A DNA stretch of 61,040 bases from an uncultured virus (IMG/VR IMGVR_UViG_3300017917_001941) (Duplodnaviria > Heunggongvirae > Uroviricota > Caudoviricetes), in IMG/VR virus record IMGVR_UViG_3300017917_001941. One strand, given 5' to 3'. A program made the position numbers and the translations under genes. The notes under the pieces were generated by a model. It was not told where the DNA came from. It made no database searches and saw only the letters and a list, made by a program, of their open reading frames with translations. This document shows positions 47,268-56,762 of this stretch, in pieces (the first letter of the stretch is position 1; each line of letters opens with the position of its first letter).

Positions 47268-48113
47268 ATGAACCAACCCCTCGTTAGCCGACCGCCCTAT
47301 GGATCCTTTGTCTCCCAGTCAGGTCTTCCTCAAGGGGACCCCGCTGGGAGAGGTGTATCTTTGGACCCTTCTATTCCCGGGGCAGCAACCTGTGCAAAAC
47401 CTTCCGGGGAAGACCCAAGGGAACCTGAGGTCGAAGAGTCCTCTATTTATCGAATGGACAATGCTGATGGCCTCCTGAAGGACCAGAGGAAGCCAGATGA
47501 GATAGACCATTCTGAGGCTAGGCCAACGTACCAACGTCCTGGGGAGCAGAATAGCCCAAAGACTAAGTATCCTTATCGTGATGGAATTCCGAACCGTCAC
47601 AATGCAAACAACCGAACTCTAGTTCAGAACGTTGTTAGTCTTTGGCTTCTTCGGGAGGCACATGAGGTTGAGATACCCCTTGAGGGGTATCTCAAGTTAG
47701 CGGTCAAGCTATCGGAGATTGAGGGAGGCCTCAATCCTAAGGTATTAGAGAGATCTCAGAAGTGTTCGGTGTCAGTCAAGAGAGTTGATATACCGAATCT
47801 TCGATGGATGTTCACTGTGGACTCAGGGAATGGACCTAAGTTGGTTCGGATGAAGGCAACTCGGAAAGGTAATGTTCTGTCCATTGCCAAAATGGATGTA
47901 ACTTTTTCTTGTTCCTGTAAGGCTTGGAGATGGCTCGGAGCGGAGTATCACGCTAGTAGGGAAAAGTACCTTGATGGAAAGCCTGTTGGTACCGCTTCGA
48001 CTCCGGACATTAGAGATCCAGACCGTATTAATAGGGTCTGTAAGCACGTTGCCGCCGTCATTAGTCGAGTGCGGGGTTGGAGCATTCCTGTTAAAAAGAA
48101 AGCTCCCAAATGA
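47268..48113 (+). CDS. SWIM-type zinc-finger protein
   Basis: FSCSCKAW...VCKHVAAV (CxC-xn-CxH); disordered N-half. Confidence 0.7.
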   Translation: MNQPLVSRPPYGSFVSQSGLPQGDPAGRGVSLDPSIPGAATCAKPSGEDPREPEVEESSIYRMDNADGLLKDQRKPDEIDHSEARPTYQRPGEQNSPKTKYPYRDGIPNRHNANNRTLVQNVVSLWLLREAHEVEIPLEGYLKLAVKLSEIEGGLNPKVLERSQKCSVSVKRVDIPNLRWMFTVDSGNGPKLVRMKATRKGNVLSIAKMDVTFSCSCKAWRWLGAEYHASREKYLDGKPVGTASTPDIRDPDRINRVCKHVAAVISRVRGWSIPVKKKAPK

Positions 48114-48132
48114 ATATGCAGACGAGGTTGTC

Positions 48133-48546
48133 ATGCCCACATATCAGATTGAGTGTTATGAATGCGGAATGATCACGGATCAGAGGCTCACTTTTTATGA
48201 GTATGATAGGGTGAAGTCAGGCCAATCTACTATTCAGTGTAAAAATTGTGGGCTTTCCGCACAGATTGGTTTTTCTCCTGGCACTTTGGGTTTTGTAATG
48301 AAAGAAGGTGAGTCTGGAGGGTGGGCGTCGAAATCTCTGAAGGAAAATGCATATAGGAAAAAGCGTCGCTTGGAGATGGCTCGTAGGGAGAAAGACCATG
48401 TGTTTAAGTCTACCCTTCAGCCTAACTTTGATGGTGTGGAAACCGGTAGTTGGAGGGAGGCCCAGGAGCTAGCTCGAAAAGAAAAGGGTGAGGGTTCGGC
48501 CTCCACCTATGAACCTCTTGTCAAGAAGGAACAGGTGGTAACATGA
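48133..48546 (+). CDS. FmdB-like zinc-ribbon protein
   Basis: MPTYQIECYECG...CKNCG; GAGG before ATG 48133. Confidence 0.75.
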   Translation: MPTYQIECYECGMITDQRLTFYEYDRVKSGQSTIQCKNCGLSAQIGFSPGTLGFVMKEGESGGWASKSLKENAYRKKRRLEMARREKDHVFKSTLQPNFDGVETGSWREAQELARKEKGEGSASTYEPLVKKEQVVT

Positions 48547-49187
48547 ACACTCGTCTTTTTTCAGTTCTCCGTCGCAAAAACAGCCTTCTCGATTTCAGTA
48601 TTCCGATGCGACCCTATTCGGAAGAGGTAGGTGGGTATCGATTCAAGACTGATACGGATCCTGGTGGAACCTTTGCCACTACGGCGTTTGACTCTCCGAT
48701 CAACGGGTTTGTGGACCATGAGGTGGCAGGCCCTCAGAATGTTATTCAGCCTGGAAATAACATAAGAGTCATCATTGATCCATCGAAGCACGGAATTGAT
48801 GATAACTATGCTTTTTGGGTTAAAATGTTGTTTTTGGATTATACCGGGGCAGAGATGACATCTCCGGCGCCTAGTGCGGCTACACTAGTATTGCCACCTT
48901 TTGTTGGCCCTGAGCAATCTGGATTCACTGGGACCGCACCCAGTGCCTTGTCCTTGGCAGGCTCTTTGCGAATTGATCTCCCTCGTTCGATGGAAAATTT
49001 CCGTATTCGGAACCTGGAAGAGACTACCTCCCTTCACGTTGCCTACCAAGAAGGAGGGCCTGAGGTTACGATCCCGGCTGGAGTTGAAAGTTCAGAAATT
49101 TATGGCCTTGTTTCGTCTATATGGGTTCGAGGAGGTGGAGGTACCGCCGCCTTTACGGCTCAGTTTGTGTATGCTAACCCCCGCTGA
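48543..49187 (+). CDS. Putative structural protein
   Basis: Beta-rich, ATGA overlap, within the structural region. Confidence 0.5.
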   Translation: MNTRLFSVLRRKNSLLDFSIPMRPYSEEVGGYRFKTDTDPGGTFATTAFDSPINGFVDHEVAGPQNVIQPGNNIRVIIDPSKHGIDDNYAFWVKMLFLDYTGAEMTSPAPSAATLVLPPFVGPEQSGFTGTAPSALSLAGSLRIDLPRSMENFRIRNLEETTSLHVAYQEGGPEVTIPAGVESSEIYGLVSSIWVRGGGGTAAFTAQFVYANPR

Positions 49188-49225
49188 AACGGCAGGTGAT
49201 AACTTCTTAGCGGTGGGAGACGTGC

Positions 49226-49543
49226 GTGTACCTAATCAATTATTTGAACCTCCAAACCGCCCTTCAGCTGTTCATTGCTGTTGGACGGTTCCGCACGGGC
49301 CAGGGGCTCCTTGGGGTTCGTGATGGGGTCAATCACGTTTTCCACATTTCAGGGGGAGAGAAGTTCACACACAATCTCCCTTTCTTGACTATAGCCATTT
49401 ACGTTAACGGCATTCGTTTGTCGCTACTCGACGACTATGTCATTTCGGAGAGTGGCGGTCCGGGTACTGGATTCGATACAGTAACTCTTAGCCAGGCCCC
49501 TTATGCTAATGACCACGTGACCGCTGACTACGTGGTGACCTAG
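49226..49543 (+). CDS. Small structural beta-domain protein
   Basis: DGVNHVF, IYVNGIRL...DY...VTADY pattern seen in phage tail/fibre domains. Confidence 0.5.
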   Translation: MYLINYLNLQTALQLFIAVGRFRTGQGLLGVRDGVNHVFHISGGEKFTHNLPFLTIAIYVNGIRLSLLDDYVISESGGPGTGFDTVTLSQAPYANDHVTADYVVT

Positions 49544-49556
49544 GAGTCTGGTTAGC

Positions 49557-50165
49557 ATGGGTGAAACGAAGGTTAGATACGGAGTAGTCAGAGTCGCTGA
49601 TAAAACAGACGACCAAAAAACTGCTCTTGCGATCTTAAACTCTCTTGCGTCGTCTGTGACACAGGAGGACCTTCAGGAGTTCATTCTATCTCAAATTAAA
49701 CGCATCATCCATGGGGAGAATCCCGGTACATGGAGAGATCTGGTAGGGTCTATCGGAGTCCCCAGTCTTGAGGAGTTATCCCACCGAACGGGATTTGAAG
49801 AGCCAGCTAACTGTTTGGCTACTGATGATGTTGGGGATGTGGTGCATATCTCCGGGGATAGCGTGGTAGGTAGATTTCAGGTGACACGGGTAGATGTCCT
49901 TGACTATTCAAAGATGCCTGGAATAGGGGTTATTGTAAGTAAAGCTTCTCCCACCGAGTGCATGATCCTTCGATACGGAATCTTGAATGTGTCTGGTCTT
50001 ATTCCTGGTAAGACATACTTTGTAGGGGTGAATAGTAGACCTACAAACATTCCTCCTGTTGCACCTTTGGGGGGAAAGGTGTTTATCCAGGTGGTTGGGG
50101 TGGCAATGGATTCGACAAAATTGCTGCTCAATCCCTCGTTTAACCTCACAAGGGTAATCACATGA
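49557..50165 (+). CDS. Putative structural protein with a decoration/fibre-type C-domain
   Basis: VGDVVHI...GLIPGKTYFV...QVVGVA; similar to the C-terminus of 50699-52552. Confidence 0.55.
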   Translation: MGETKVRYGVVRVADKTDDQKTALAILNSLASSVTQEDLQEFILSQIKRIIHGENPGTWRDLVGSIGVPSLEELSHRTGFEEPANCLATDDVGDVVHISGDSVVGRFQVTRVDVLDYSKMPGIGVIVSKASPTECMILRYGILNVSGLIPGKTYFVGVNSRPTNIPPVAPLGGKVFIQVVGVAMDSTKLLLNPSFNLTRVIT

Positions 50166-50650
50166 ATACTAAATCTAAATCGAATTACAGGAAAACTAAA
50201 GCTACAGGTTGGGGCAAAACGTCTGACTCTGAAGTAGGTGAAGTAAGTGTTTCGGAACAGACTGTTGTTTCGGAGGTCCAAGCTTCAATCCAAGATGAAA
50301 GTCCAATTGATGGGGTCCAGCGTGTAACTGAGCTTGAGGCAGCTAAGTTTGCGGCTTTGGATGCGGAGTTGCGTAATACTCTTCAGGGAATTCGTATTTT
50401 GGATTTGGAGACTGAGACTGCTGAAAACGCTTTTAGAAGTTCTGTTGCGAGGCACCAGAGTGACCAGGCTCAAAGGCAAAGTCAGAAGAAAATGCTTGAG
50501 GGGGCCGTGGTCGTGAAGAAAGATGAGTACACACGTTTTGTGAAGACCTTGGCTGAAAGTTATGGCCTTGACCCAGCGAAAATGTCGATTGATCCTGAAA
50601 CAAGAACTCTTCGGGACTTACGCGGGGACTTAGGTACAGGCTCAGGTTAG
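50162..50650 (+). CDS. Coiled-coil protein (possible fibre chaperone)
   Basis: Helical core ending YGLDPAKMSIDPET; chaperone role is positional inference. Confidence 0.5.
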   Translation: MNTKSKSNYRKTKATGWGKTSDSEVGEVSVSEQTVVSEVQASIQDESPIDGVQRVTELEAAKFAALDAELRNTLQGIRILDLETETAENAFRSSVARHQSDQAQRQSQKKMLEGAVVVKKDEYTRFVKTLAESYGLDPAKMSIDPETRTLRDLRGDLGTGSG

Positions 50651-50698
50651 CTCATGCCCCTAATAGGGGTCTAGCTCACAACATGAAAGGAACCCACC

Positions 50699-52552
50699 AT
50701 GGCTGCTGAACGTAAACCCCTGTTTATGAACCAGACTGAGGGCTTTAGTGAGGAAATGGCCCTTAACGACTATATGTCAATTGGGAAATTGACAATTGCT
50801 GTCCCTGGTTCCGGTGGCCTCGGTATTGTGATGGGGGGCAACAAGATCACCGGTCTTGCGGATGGGACCACGACCGGTGATGCTCTTGCCTGGGGCCAGA
50901 GCTCGGCTCAGCTCGGTACCACCACGTTTACGGGAAACGTGGATCTGACCAATCACCTTATCAACAACGTTGCTACGCCTGTCTCACCCGATGATGCAGC
51001 CAACAAGGCATATGTTGACGCGATTGCCCAAGGTCTTGACCCTCATGCGGCGTGTATCGTCAAGGTTACGCATGGGTTGGGAACTCAGGCTGTATTGGCT
51101 GGAACTGGTGGAACTGGTACAGTTACCCTTACTACCGAAACAATGGATGTTAAGCTGCATAGTGAAGCAGCTTGGACAACGATTACGTTCTCAAGTCCAG
51201 CTGATCTTGCAGCAGTTGCGGCAGCGATCAACACTCAGTATGGTGAGACGATTGCTTTTGTGAACGGCAATAACATTGACCTGAAGGATATCTATTGGGG
51301 GAAGAACTCCAAAGTCGAAACTCAGAATGTTGCCGCCCAGATTACGACCGATGTCGGTATCCCCAACAACGGAAGCGCAACTGGAACAGGGTTTACTGCT
51401 TCTGGTTCAGGAATTGGCAAGACTCTTACGGCTCCGACCAACTCTGCTTCGTATAATTCCATCGACGGGGTTACCTTTACAACCACCGGAGCCTCTCAAC
51501 GTGTGCTCGTTTCCATGGAAGGTGGTGCAGATACTGTTGCCGATGCAGATAACGGTATTTACTATGTTTCAGCGCTTGGCAACGGAACTAGTACCAGTTT
51601 CCAGCTTACGCGCGCAACGGACTGCGACGAAACCAGCTCTACTGAATTCCACCAGGGCACCTATGTCTTCATTACGTCGGGTACTCTTAACATGGATACC
51701 GGCTGGAGCTGTGTCACTGTGGACCCGATCACAGTGGATACAACTCCGAACGCTTGGACCCAGTTCTCAGGGGCTCCGAGTTACACGTATGATCAAGGTC
51801 TAAAGAAAGTTCTCACTAGCATTCAGGTGGAGTTGGATGGTTCGGCTGATGCTCAAAGTGTGGGAAATCCAGCTGGGGCTCGTAAGTCTGGTTTGGAATT
51901 TGACGTCGATACCGCAAGCGGTAAGCTTCGTGTGGCCGTTGCGGCTGCTGGTGGCATTCAGCGTAATCAGGTAGCTGGTGGTATTGAGATTAAGGTTAAT
52001 ACTACTCCAAACGCTACGGTGGCAGTTGGGTCTGATGGGCTCTCGGTTCTCGGTGTTCCGTCCCTCTTTACGATTGCTGGTTCGGCTGTTAGTGCCAATG
52101 TTACGGCTACCAATCTCGGTACGCTGACGGCCGGTTCTTCGAGTAATGCTGACTCCCTCCATACACACTCTTTGGTGAGTACTTCCTCCCCTAAGGTCAT
52201 CGTTCCTATGACTGCGACTGGCGGGAGCACTGTTGTTGCTGGTGACCCGGTTTACATCAATGCCTCTAACACAGTTGATGCGGCGGACTGTGCGGTAGAC
52301 GCCAAGTCTCGCGTTATTGGTCTTTCCTTAGGTGCTCCTGGTACACTTAATGCAGTAGATGTTCAGGTTGCTGGGATTGTCTCGGGAGTATTGTCGAGTG
52401 CTTCGCCTGGTGCGCCCTACTATTTGTCCACGACTCATGGTCTGAGCAATGCTCTACCATCAGCAGGTCAGCGTGTAGTGCAATGCGGGTTCGCTTTGAA
52501 TGGTACTGACTTGTTTATTAGGCTTATGGATTACGGGAAGAAAGCCGCCTGA
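50699..52552 (+). CDS. Fibre protein
   Basis: KITGLADGT, INNVATP...DAANKAYVD, DNGIY, LTRATD, WTQFSG; G/S/T/A-rich; AAAGGA RBS. Confidence 0.75.
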   Translation: MAAERKPLFMNQTEGFSEEMALNDYMSIGKLTIAVPGSGGLGIVMGGNKITGLADGTTTGDALAWGQSSAQLGTTTFTGNVDLTNHLINNVATPVSPDDAANKAYVDAIAQGLDPHAACIVKVTHGLGTQAVLAGTGGTGTVTLTTETMDVKLHSEAAWTTITFSSPADLAAVAAAINTQYGETIAFVNGNNIDLKDIYWGKNSKVETQNVAAQITTDVGIPNNGSATGTGFTASGSGIGKTLTAPTNSASYNSIDGVTFTTTGASQRVLVSMEGGADTVADADNGIYYVSALGNGTSTSFQLTRATDCDETSSTEFHQGTYVFITSGTLNMDTGWSCVTVDPITVDTTPNAWTQFSGAPSYTYDQGLKKVLTSIQVELDGSADAQSVGNPAGARKSGLEFDVDTASGKLRVAVAAAGGIQRNQVAGGIEIKVNTTPNATVAVGSDGLSVLGVPSLFTIAGSAVSANVTATNLGTLTAGSSSNADSLHTHSLVSTSSPKVIVPMTATGGSTVVAGDPVYINASNTVDAADCAVDAKSRVIGLSLGAPGTLNAVDVQVAGIVSGVLSSASPGAPYYLSTTHGLSNALPSAGQRVVQCGFALNGTDLFIRLMDYGKKAA

Positions 52553-52598
52553 TAGTACAAGGAAGCCGAGTTGATCCCTCTGTGCTGATAGTGTATTA

Positions 52599-53189
52599 TT
52601 GGCACAGAGGGTCCCTAGAGGGACCCCAGTGACAATAGATCGTGTACAACCCCTGAAGCTTGAGGCTCCGGATACTGGTGGAGACGAGGCGGATGAGTTC
52701 CCTACTGCACTTAATGTTCGCGAGGATCACATTGAGTGTGCTGGCGTAGTTCTTGATGAGGCTAGTGCAAGAGATGAGAGTGTCCGGGTATGGAGGGATG
52801 GGGGAAACTTAAAGTTCAAGGATGTGGCTAATTCTGATGGTCTTACTTTATCAAATCTTTTGGCTGGCGGGGGAATTACTGAAAGTCAGCATAAGACTCT
52901 TCGTCACTTAGTTCACTTCATAGATGATGGGCCGGCAGAGGGCTTTGCTTCTGGCGCCTACAAGGAGACTACTTCGACTGGGGCCTTTCCTACCTCTGAA
53001 GTATGGTGGGAGTCCTCTGACAAGTTGAAGAAGATTGTATCCTTGGATACAACTTGGACAGGGATTCTTCCTACTCAGGAAGTCTGGAAGGTTTACGATG
53101 TTGATGGGTCTACTGTTCTTGTAACTATAACTGATAGTATCACTTATTCTGGAGTTTTTGAAACGTCCAGAACGAGGGTTGTAGCCTAA
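52599..53189 (+). CDS. Putative structural protein
   Basis: DRVQPLKLE, HLVHFIDDGPAEGF, ITYSGVFETSRTR; start codon uncertain. Confidence 0.55.
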   Translation: MAQRVPRGTPVTIDRVQPLKLEAPDTGGDEADEFPTALNVREDHIECAGVVLDEASARDESVRVWRDGGNLKFKDVANSDGLTLSNLLAGGGITESQHKTLRHLVHFIDDGPAEGFASGAYKETTSTGAFPTSEVWWESSDKLKKIVSLDTTWTGILPTQEVWKVYDVDGSTVLVTITDSITYSGVFETSRTRVVA

Positions 53190-55804
53190 TGGCAAAGTCT
53201 CCCGCCGCCATTCTAGTTGATTCAAGTGGTCATACTGTAGGGATAGTCCTTGATGGGTCTATCTATAGATTGCAGGCTGAATCAAAAGTTGTTAGAGCTT
53301 CAGATGGATCTCAGATCAACCCAGCTACAGAAGAGACCTTAGCCTCGATTAAGGGCACAGACGGGATTAAGAAGATCGCAGATGCTCTTCCGGCCGGAGA
53401 CAACAACATTGGAAATGTTGATCTGGCTTCTGCTATTCCGGCTGGAGACAACAACATTGGAAATGTTGATCTGGCTTCTGCTATTCCGGCTGGAGACAAT
53501 AACATAGGGAATGTTGATCTGGCTTCTGCTATTCCGGCTGGAGACAACAACATAGGGAATGTTGATCTGGCTTCTGCTATTCCGGCTGGCACAAATGAGA
53601 TTGGCAAGGTGGCTCAGGGGACAAAGGCAGCAGCAGCTAATGCTTGGCCTTTGTATGTTGTGGATTCATCAGGGAACTCTGTTGGAGTCGTTCTTGATGG
53701 TGCTGTTTATAGGTTTCGTACCGAGACAAAGGTTGTTCGAACTTCAGATGGAGCTCAGATCAACCCAGCTACAGAAGAGACCTTAGCCTCGATTAAGGGC
53801 ACAGACGGGATTAAGAAGATCACAGATGCTCTTCCGGCCGGAGACAACAACATTGGAAATGTTGATTTAGCTTCTGCTATTCCGGCTGGAGACAATAACA
53901 TTGGAAATGTTGATCTGGCTTCTGCTATTCCGGCTGGTACGAATGAGATTGGTAAGGTGGCTCAGGGGACAAAGGCAGCAGCAGCTAATGCTTGGCCTTT
54001 GTATGTGGTTGATTCGTCAGGTAATTCTGTTGGAGTCGTTCTTGATGGTGCCATTTATAGGTTTCGTACCGAGGCAAAGGTTGTTCGAGCCTCGGATGGG
54101 GCCCAGATCAACCCAGCTACGGAAGAGACCTTGGCCGCTGCTAAGACTGATTTGGACAATATCTACACTCGGCAAGCGGACGGAAATCAAAAAGCTGAAG
54201 TTTCTAAGTGGATCGGAAGCGCGTCGCCGACGGTTGGACAAAAAGCGATGGCTGCTTCGCTTCCGGTTACACTGGCACAAGACCAAACCCCCACCCCGCA
54301 TGCAGCAGATGTCTTAGGCACTATTACTGCTCTGGATGGAACCGTGGGTATGGCTGTCGCTGGATATGCTGGCGTGGCCGTAGTTCTGTCTGGGACCTGG
54401 GTTGCCTCTTTGGTCTTTGAAGTTTCCAGTGACGGGGGTTCTACGTGGATTGCTAGTTCTTTTCTTTCTCCCGCTGGGTCATATGATATCCCTATCCCTA
54501 GTGTTACTCATGTAGCGACTGGGAATGGAACCTACCGGGGGGTTGGTGTTCCTACTAGTACACATGTTCGTGTTCGCGCGAGTTTGTACACGAGCGGCAC
54601 GGTGGGTGTACGGCTCGTGGCCTCTCCAGTTCCTCTCCAGCAATCGTTTACATTGAGTGGTGTTATGCAGAACGTGTTGGCCTCGGTCGGCAACACGTCT
54701 AATGTGAATCTTGCTACGGGTGCAACCTTCACGGGTGCAACTGAAAGCAGCCTTGGTGTCGCTGGAATTCAGGTTACTTTTAAGGCGTCCCATAACTGTA
54801 CCTTGTCATTGCAGCAGTCCCAAGACGGAGTAAATTGGGACATTTCTGATACCTACCTTGTAGCTCCAGATACAGCGTTTGCGCAGACATTTCAAGCTGT
54901 TTCTTTTTATTATCGAGTTGTAGTTACAAATACAGGTGGGGGTACTACTACATACTTCCGTCTCGGGACTGCACTTTGTCCTATAGTTGAGGCAGTTCCA
55001 CGGACGCTTGGGCAGAAGCCCATGGCTGGCTCCCTTGCCGTTGCTATCGCGAGTGATCAGTCTCCCATTGCAGTGACCGCAATTCCTCTGACCGCCATTA
55101 GTGGAATGGAATTTGGTCTAGTGAACTATGGGAACACTTCGAATGTACTGACATCCATTCGAGCTACAACTTACAACGAGCAGCTGTCGAATTTTACAGG
55201 TTCGGTTCGGTCATCTAGCGTGAATGATACTTCTGCGGGTACAGGGGCCCGTACGGTTGAGATTGAGTACTTTGACCAAACAGGTACAGGCCCTTATACC
55301 GAGACGGTGACGTTGAACGGGACCACTGCTGTTAATCTATCCAACTTGAATCACTGTTTCATTCAGAAGATGCGTGTGCTGTCTGTTGGCTCTTCTGGGT
55401 ATAATCAGGGTACTATTTCCTTGTATGCTGGTGCAAATGCAACTGGAACAGTAGTTGGTAGTATTGGGTACGGTTTGGGCCTTACTGGGGTTGGGGATAA
55501 TCGGACGCTTTGGGCTCATCGTTATGTGGTTTTAGGAAAGAAGGCGAGTCTTTATACGATGCTTGTCGGTACGACAGGTAATCAGTCAGGGTACATGGTA
55601 TTTCGAGTTCGGACCCCTTTGGTAGCGAATTCAGCTGAAATTCAAGTTTCTGAGTTTTTTATTGTGGCTCCAGGGATTTCATCTACATCTCGTGCTCTCG
55701 CAACACCCATTGAAGTGACTGGTTTTGCGCTTGTTACTATGTACGTGGTTCTGAACGGAACCAACCAGGCTTGCTACGGAGCATTTGACTACTCGGAGCA
55801 GTGA
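53189..55804 (+). CDS. Repeat-containing fibre/structural protein
   Basis: N-terminal nested repeats; LGQKxMAxSLxVxxAxDQ twice; beta-rich domains. Confidence 0.7.
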   Translation: MAKSPAAILVDSSGHTVGIVLDGSIYRLQAESKVVRASDGSQINPATEETLASIKGTDGIKKIADALPAGDNNIGNVDLASAIPAGDNNIGNVDLASAIPAGDNNIGNVDLASAIPAGDNNIGNVDLASAIPAGTNEIGKVAQGTKAAAANAWPLYVVDSSGNSVGVVLDGAVYRFRTETKVVRTSDGAQINPATEETLASIKGTDGIKKITDALPAGDNNIGNVDLASAIPAGDNNIGNVDLASAIPAGTNEIGKVAQGTKAAAANAWPLYVVDSSGNSVGVVLDGAIYRFRTEAKVVRASDGAQINPATEETLAAAKTDLDNIYTRQADGNQKAEVSKWIGSASPTVGQKAMAASLPVTLAQDQTPTPHAADVLGTITALDGTVGMAVAGYAGVAVVLSGTWVASLVFEVSSDGGSTWIASSFLSPAGSYDIPIPSVTHVATGNGTYRGVGVPTSTHVRVRASLYTSGTVGVRLVASPVPLQQSFTLSGVMQNVLASVGNTSNVNLATGATFTGATESSLGVAGIQVTFKASHNCTLSLQQSQDGVNWDISDTYLVAPDTAFAQTFQAVSFYYRVVVTNTGGGTTTYFRLGTALCPIVEAVPRTLGQKPMAGSLAVAIASDQSPIAVTAIPLTAISGMEFGLVNYGNTSNVLTSIRATTYNEQLSNFTGSVRSSSVNDTSAGTGARTVEIEYFDQTGTGPYTETVTLNGTTAVNLSNLNHCFIQKMRVLSVGSSGYNQGTISLYAGANATGTVVGSIGYGLGLTGVGDNRTLWAHRYVVLGKKASLYTMLVGTTGNQSGYMVFRVRTPLVANSAEIQVSEFFIVAPGISSTSRALATPIEVTGFALVTMYVVLNGTNQACYGAFDYSEQ
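53219..54136 (+). repeat. Nested in-frame repeats: 48-nt unit inside a larger duplicated block
   Basis: PAGDNNIGNVDLASAI x4 (53390-53581) and x2 (53834-53929); blocks start at 53219, 53663, 54011 (444 and 348 nt, differing by 2x48). Confidence 0.93.
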
Positions 55805-55805
55805 C

Positions 55806-56762
55806 ATGCCAGTTCAGTTCGTAGCACATACCACTCGTAGTTATACCTGGACAGCGTGGAAGGTGATTAATTCGCTTAAGGGTGGGACGCCACAGTATGA
55901 AGATAGTAACAACGTGTACACGATTTGGTTTTACGATGGACCAGAGGTATATATCTGTACTATCTGGAAGGGAACCGTTCCTGATCCGGTAATAGCAAGT
56001 GGATACACCCAAGAGCAAAATGACGCGGATGAGGCTGACTTTATTGCTAACTACCAAGCTAAGGCGAATTACCCAATCGTCCCTGTGGCTGTAGATGGCC
56101 GACAGCAGACGGTGCCAAACCTACTTCCGGATTGGTGTTCACTGTATTTTACTGGGTCTGGGGATCATTCTTCGAATGGGCTTGGAGAGGGAACTCTGTT
56201 CACCCATGAGAGTGATGATACTACACCGACCGATCACACGGTTGATTGGTACTTTACATCTCAGGTTTACCTCGTTGGGGGGTACGTCAGCTTCATTGAT
56301 GCGCAGGTGGGGGACTATCTCTCCTATTCCGTGATTGCTGAGGCTACTCCGTTAGAGGAAGGTACCCAGCAAGTTGTTTTGGTTCCGTATGGCTCGGGAA
56401 ATGTTATTGTTCCGTATTCAGAAACGGGATCGACGACGATTGACCCAGCTAATGCGGTTCCGATTCCTGCTTCTGGCGATGGTTTTTGGGACTGGGATTA
56501 TCCGACTGAAGGGTCTGGGACAATCACGCCGAATTATGGGCAGACAGGGAACTGCAACTTGTTAGACTTTGATCTGGTGCTAGGGCGCCCTGCGATGAAG
56601 TTGCCTTGTCTGGGAACGGGAAGCTTAGAATTTATGATGCCAAATATTACCCCATTCTTGGTTTTGCCACAGTGGACACATCGAGCTACGATTCACAATA
56701 TCGGGCATTCCGGCCTGAAGGTATCTTGGATGTTCACAGGTGGTCGTGGGGGTTATGTTTAA
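55806..56762 (+). CDS. Putative structural protein
   Basis: GGAG before ATG 55806; acidic, aromatic and beta-rich. Confidence 0.55.
   Translation: MPVQFVAHTTRSYTWTAWKVINSLKGGTPQYEDSNNVYTIWFYDGPEVYICTIWKGTVPDPVIASGYTQEQNDADEADFIANYQAKANYPIVPVAVDGRQQTVPNLLPDWCSLYFTGSGDHSSNGLGEGTLFTHESDDTTPTDHTVDWYFTSQVYLVGGYVSFIDAQVGDYLSYSVIAEATPLEEGTQQVVLVPYGSGNVIVPYSETGSTTIDPANAVPIPASGDGFWDWDYPTEGSGTITPNYGQTGNCNLLDFDLVLGRPAMKLPCLGTGSLEFMMPNITPFLVLPQWTHRATIHNIGHSGLKVSWMFTGGRGGYV

Noticed and set aside
53390..53929. 48-nt repeats as a CRISPR array
   Set aside because: Head-to-tail with no spacers, in frame within a long CDS, varying mainly at third codon positions; no cas operon
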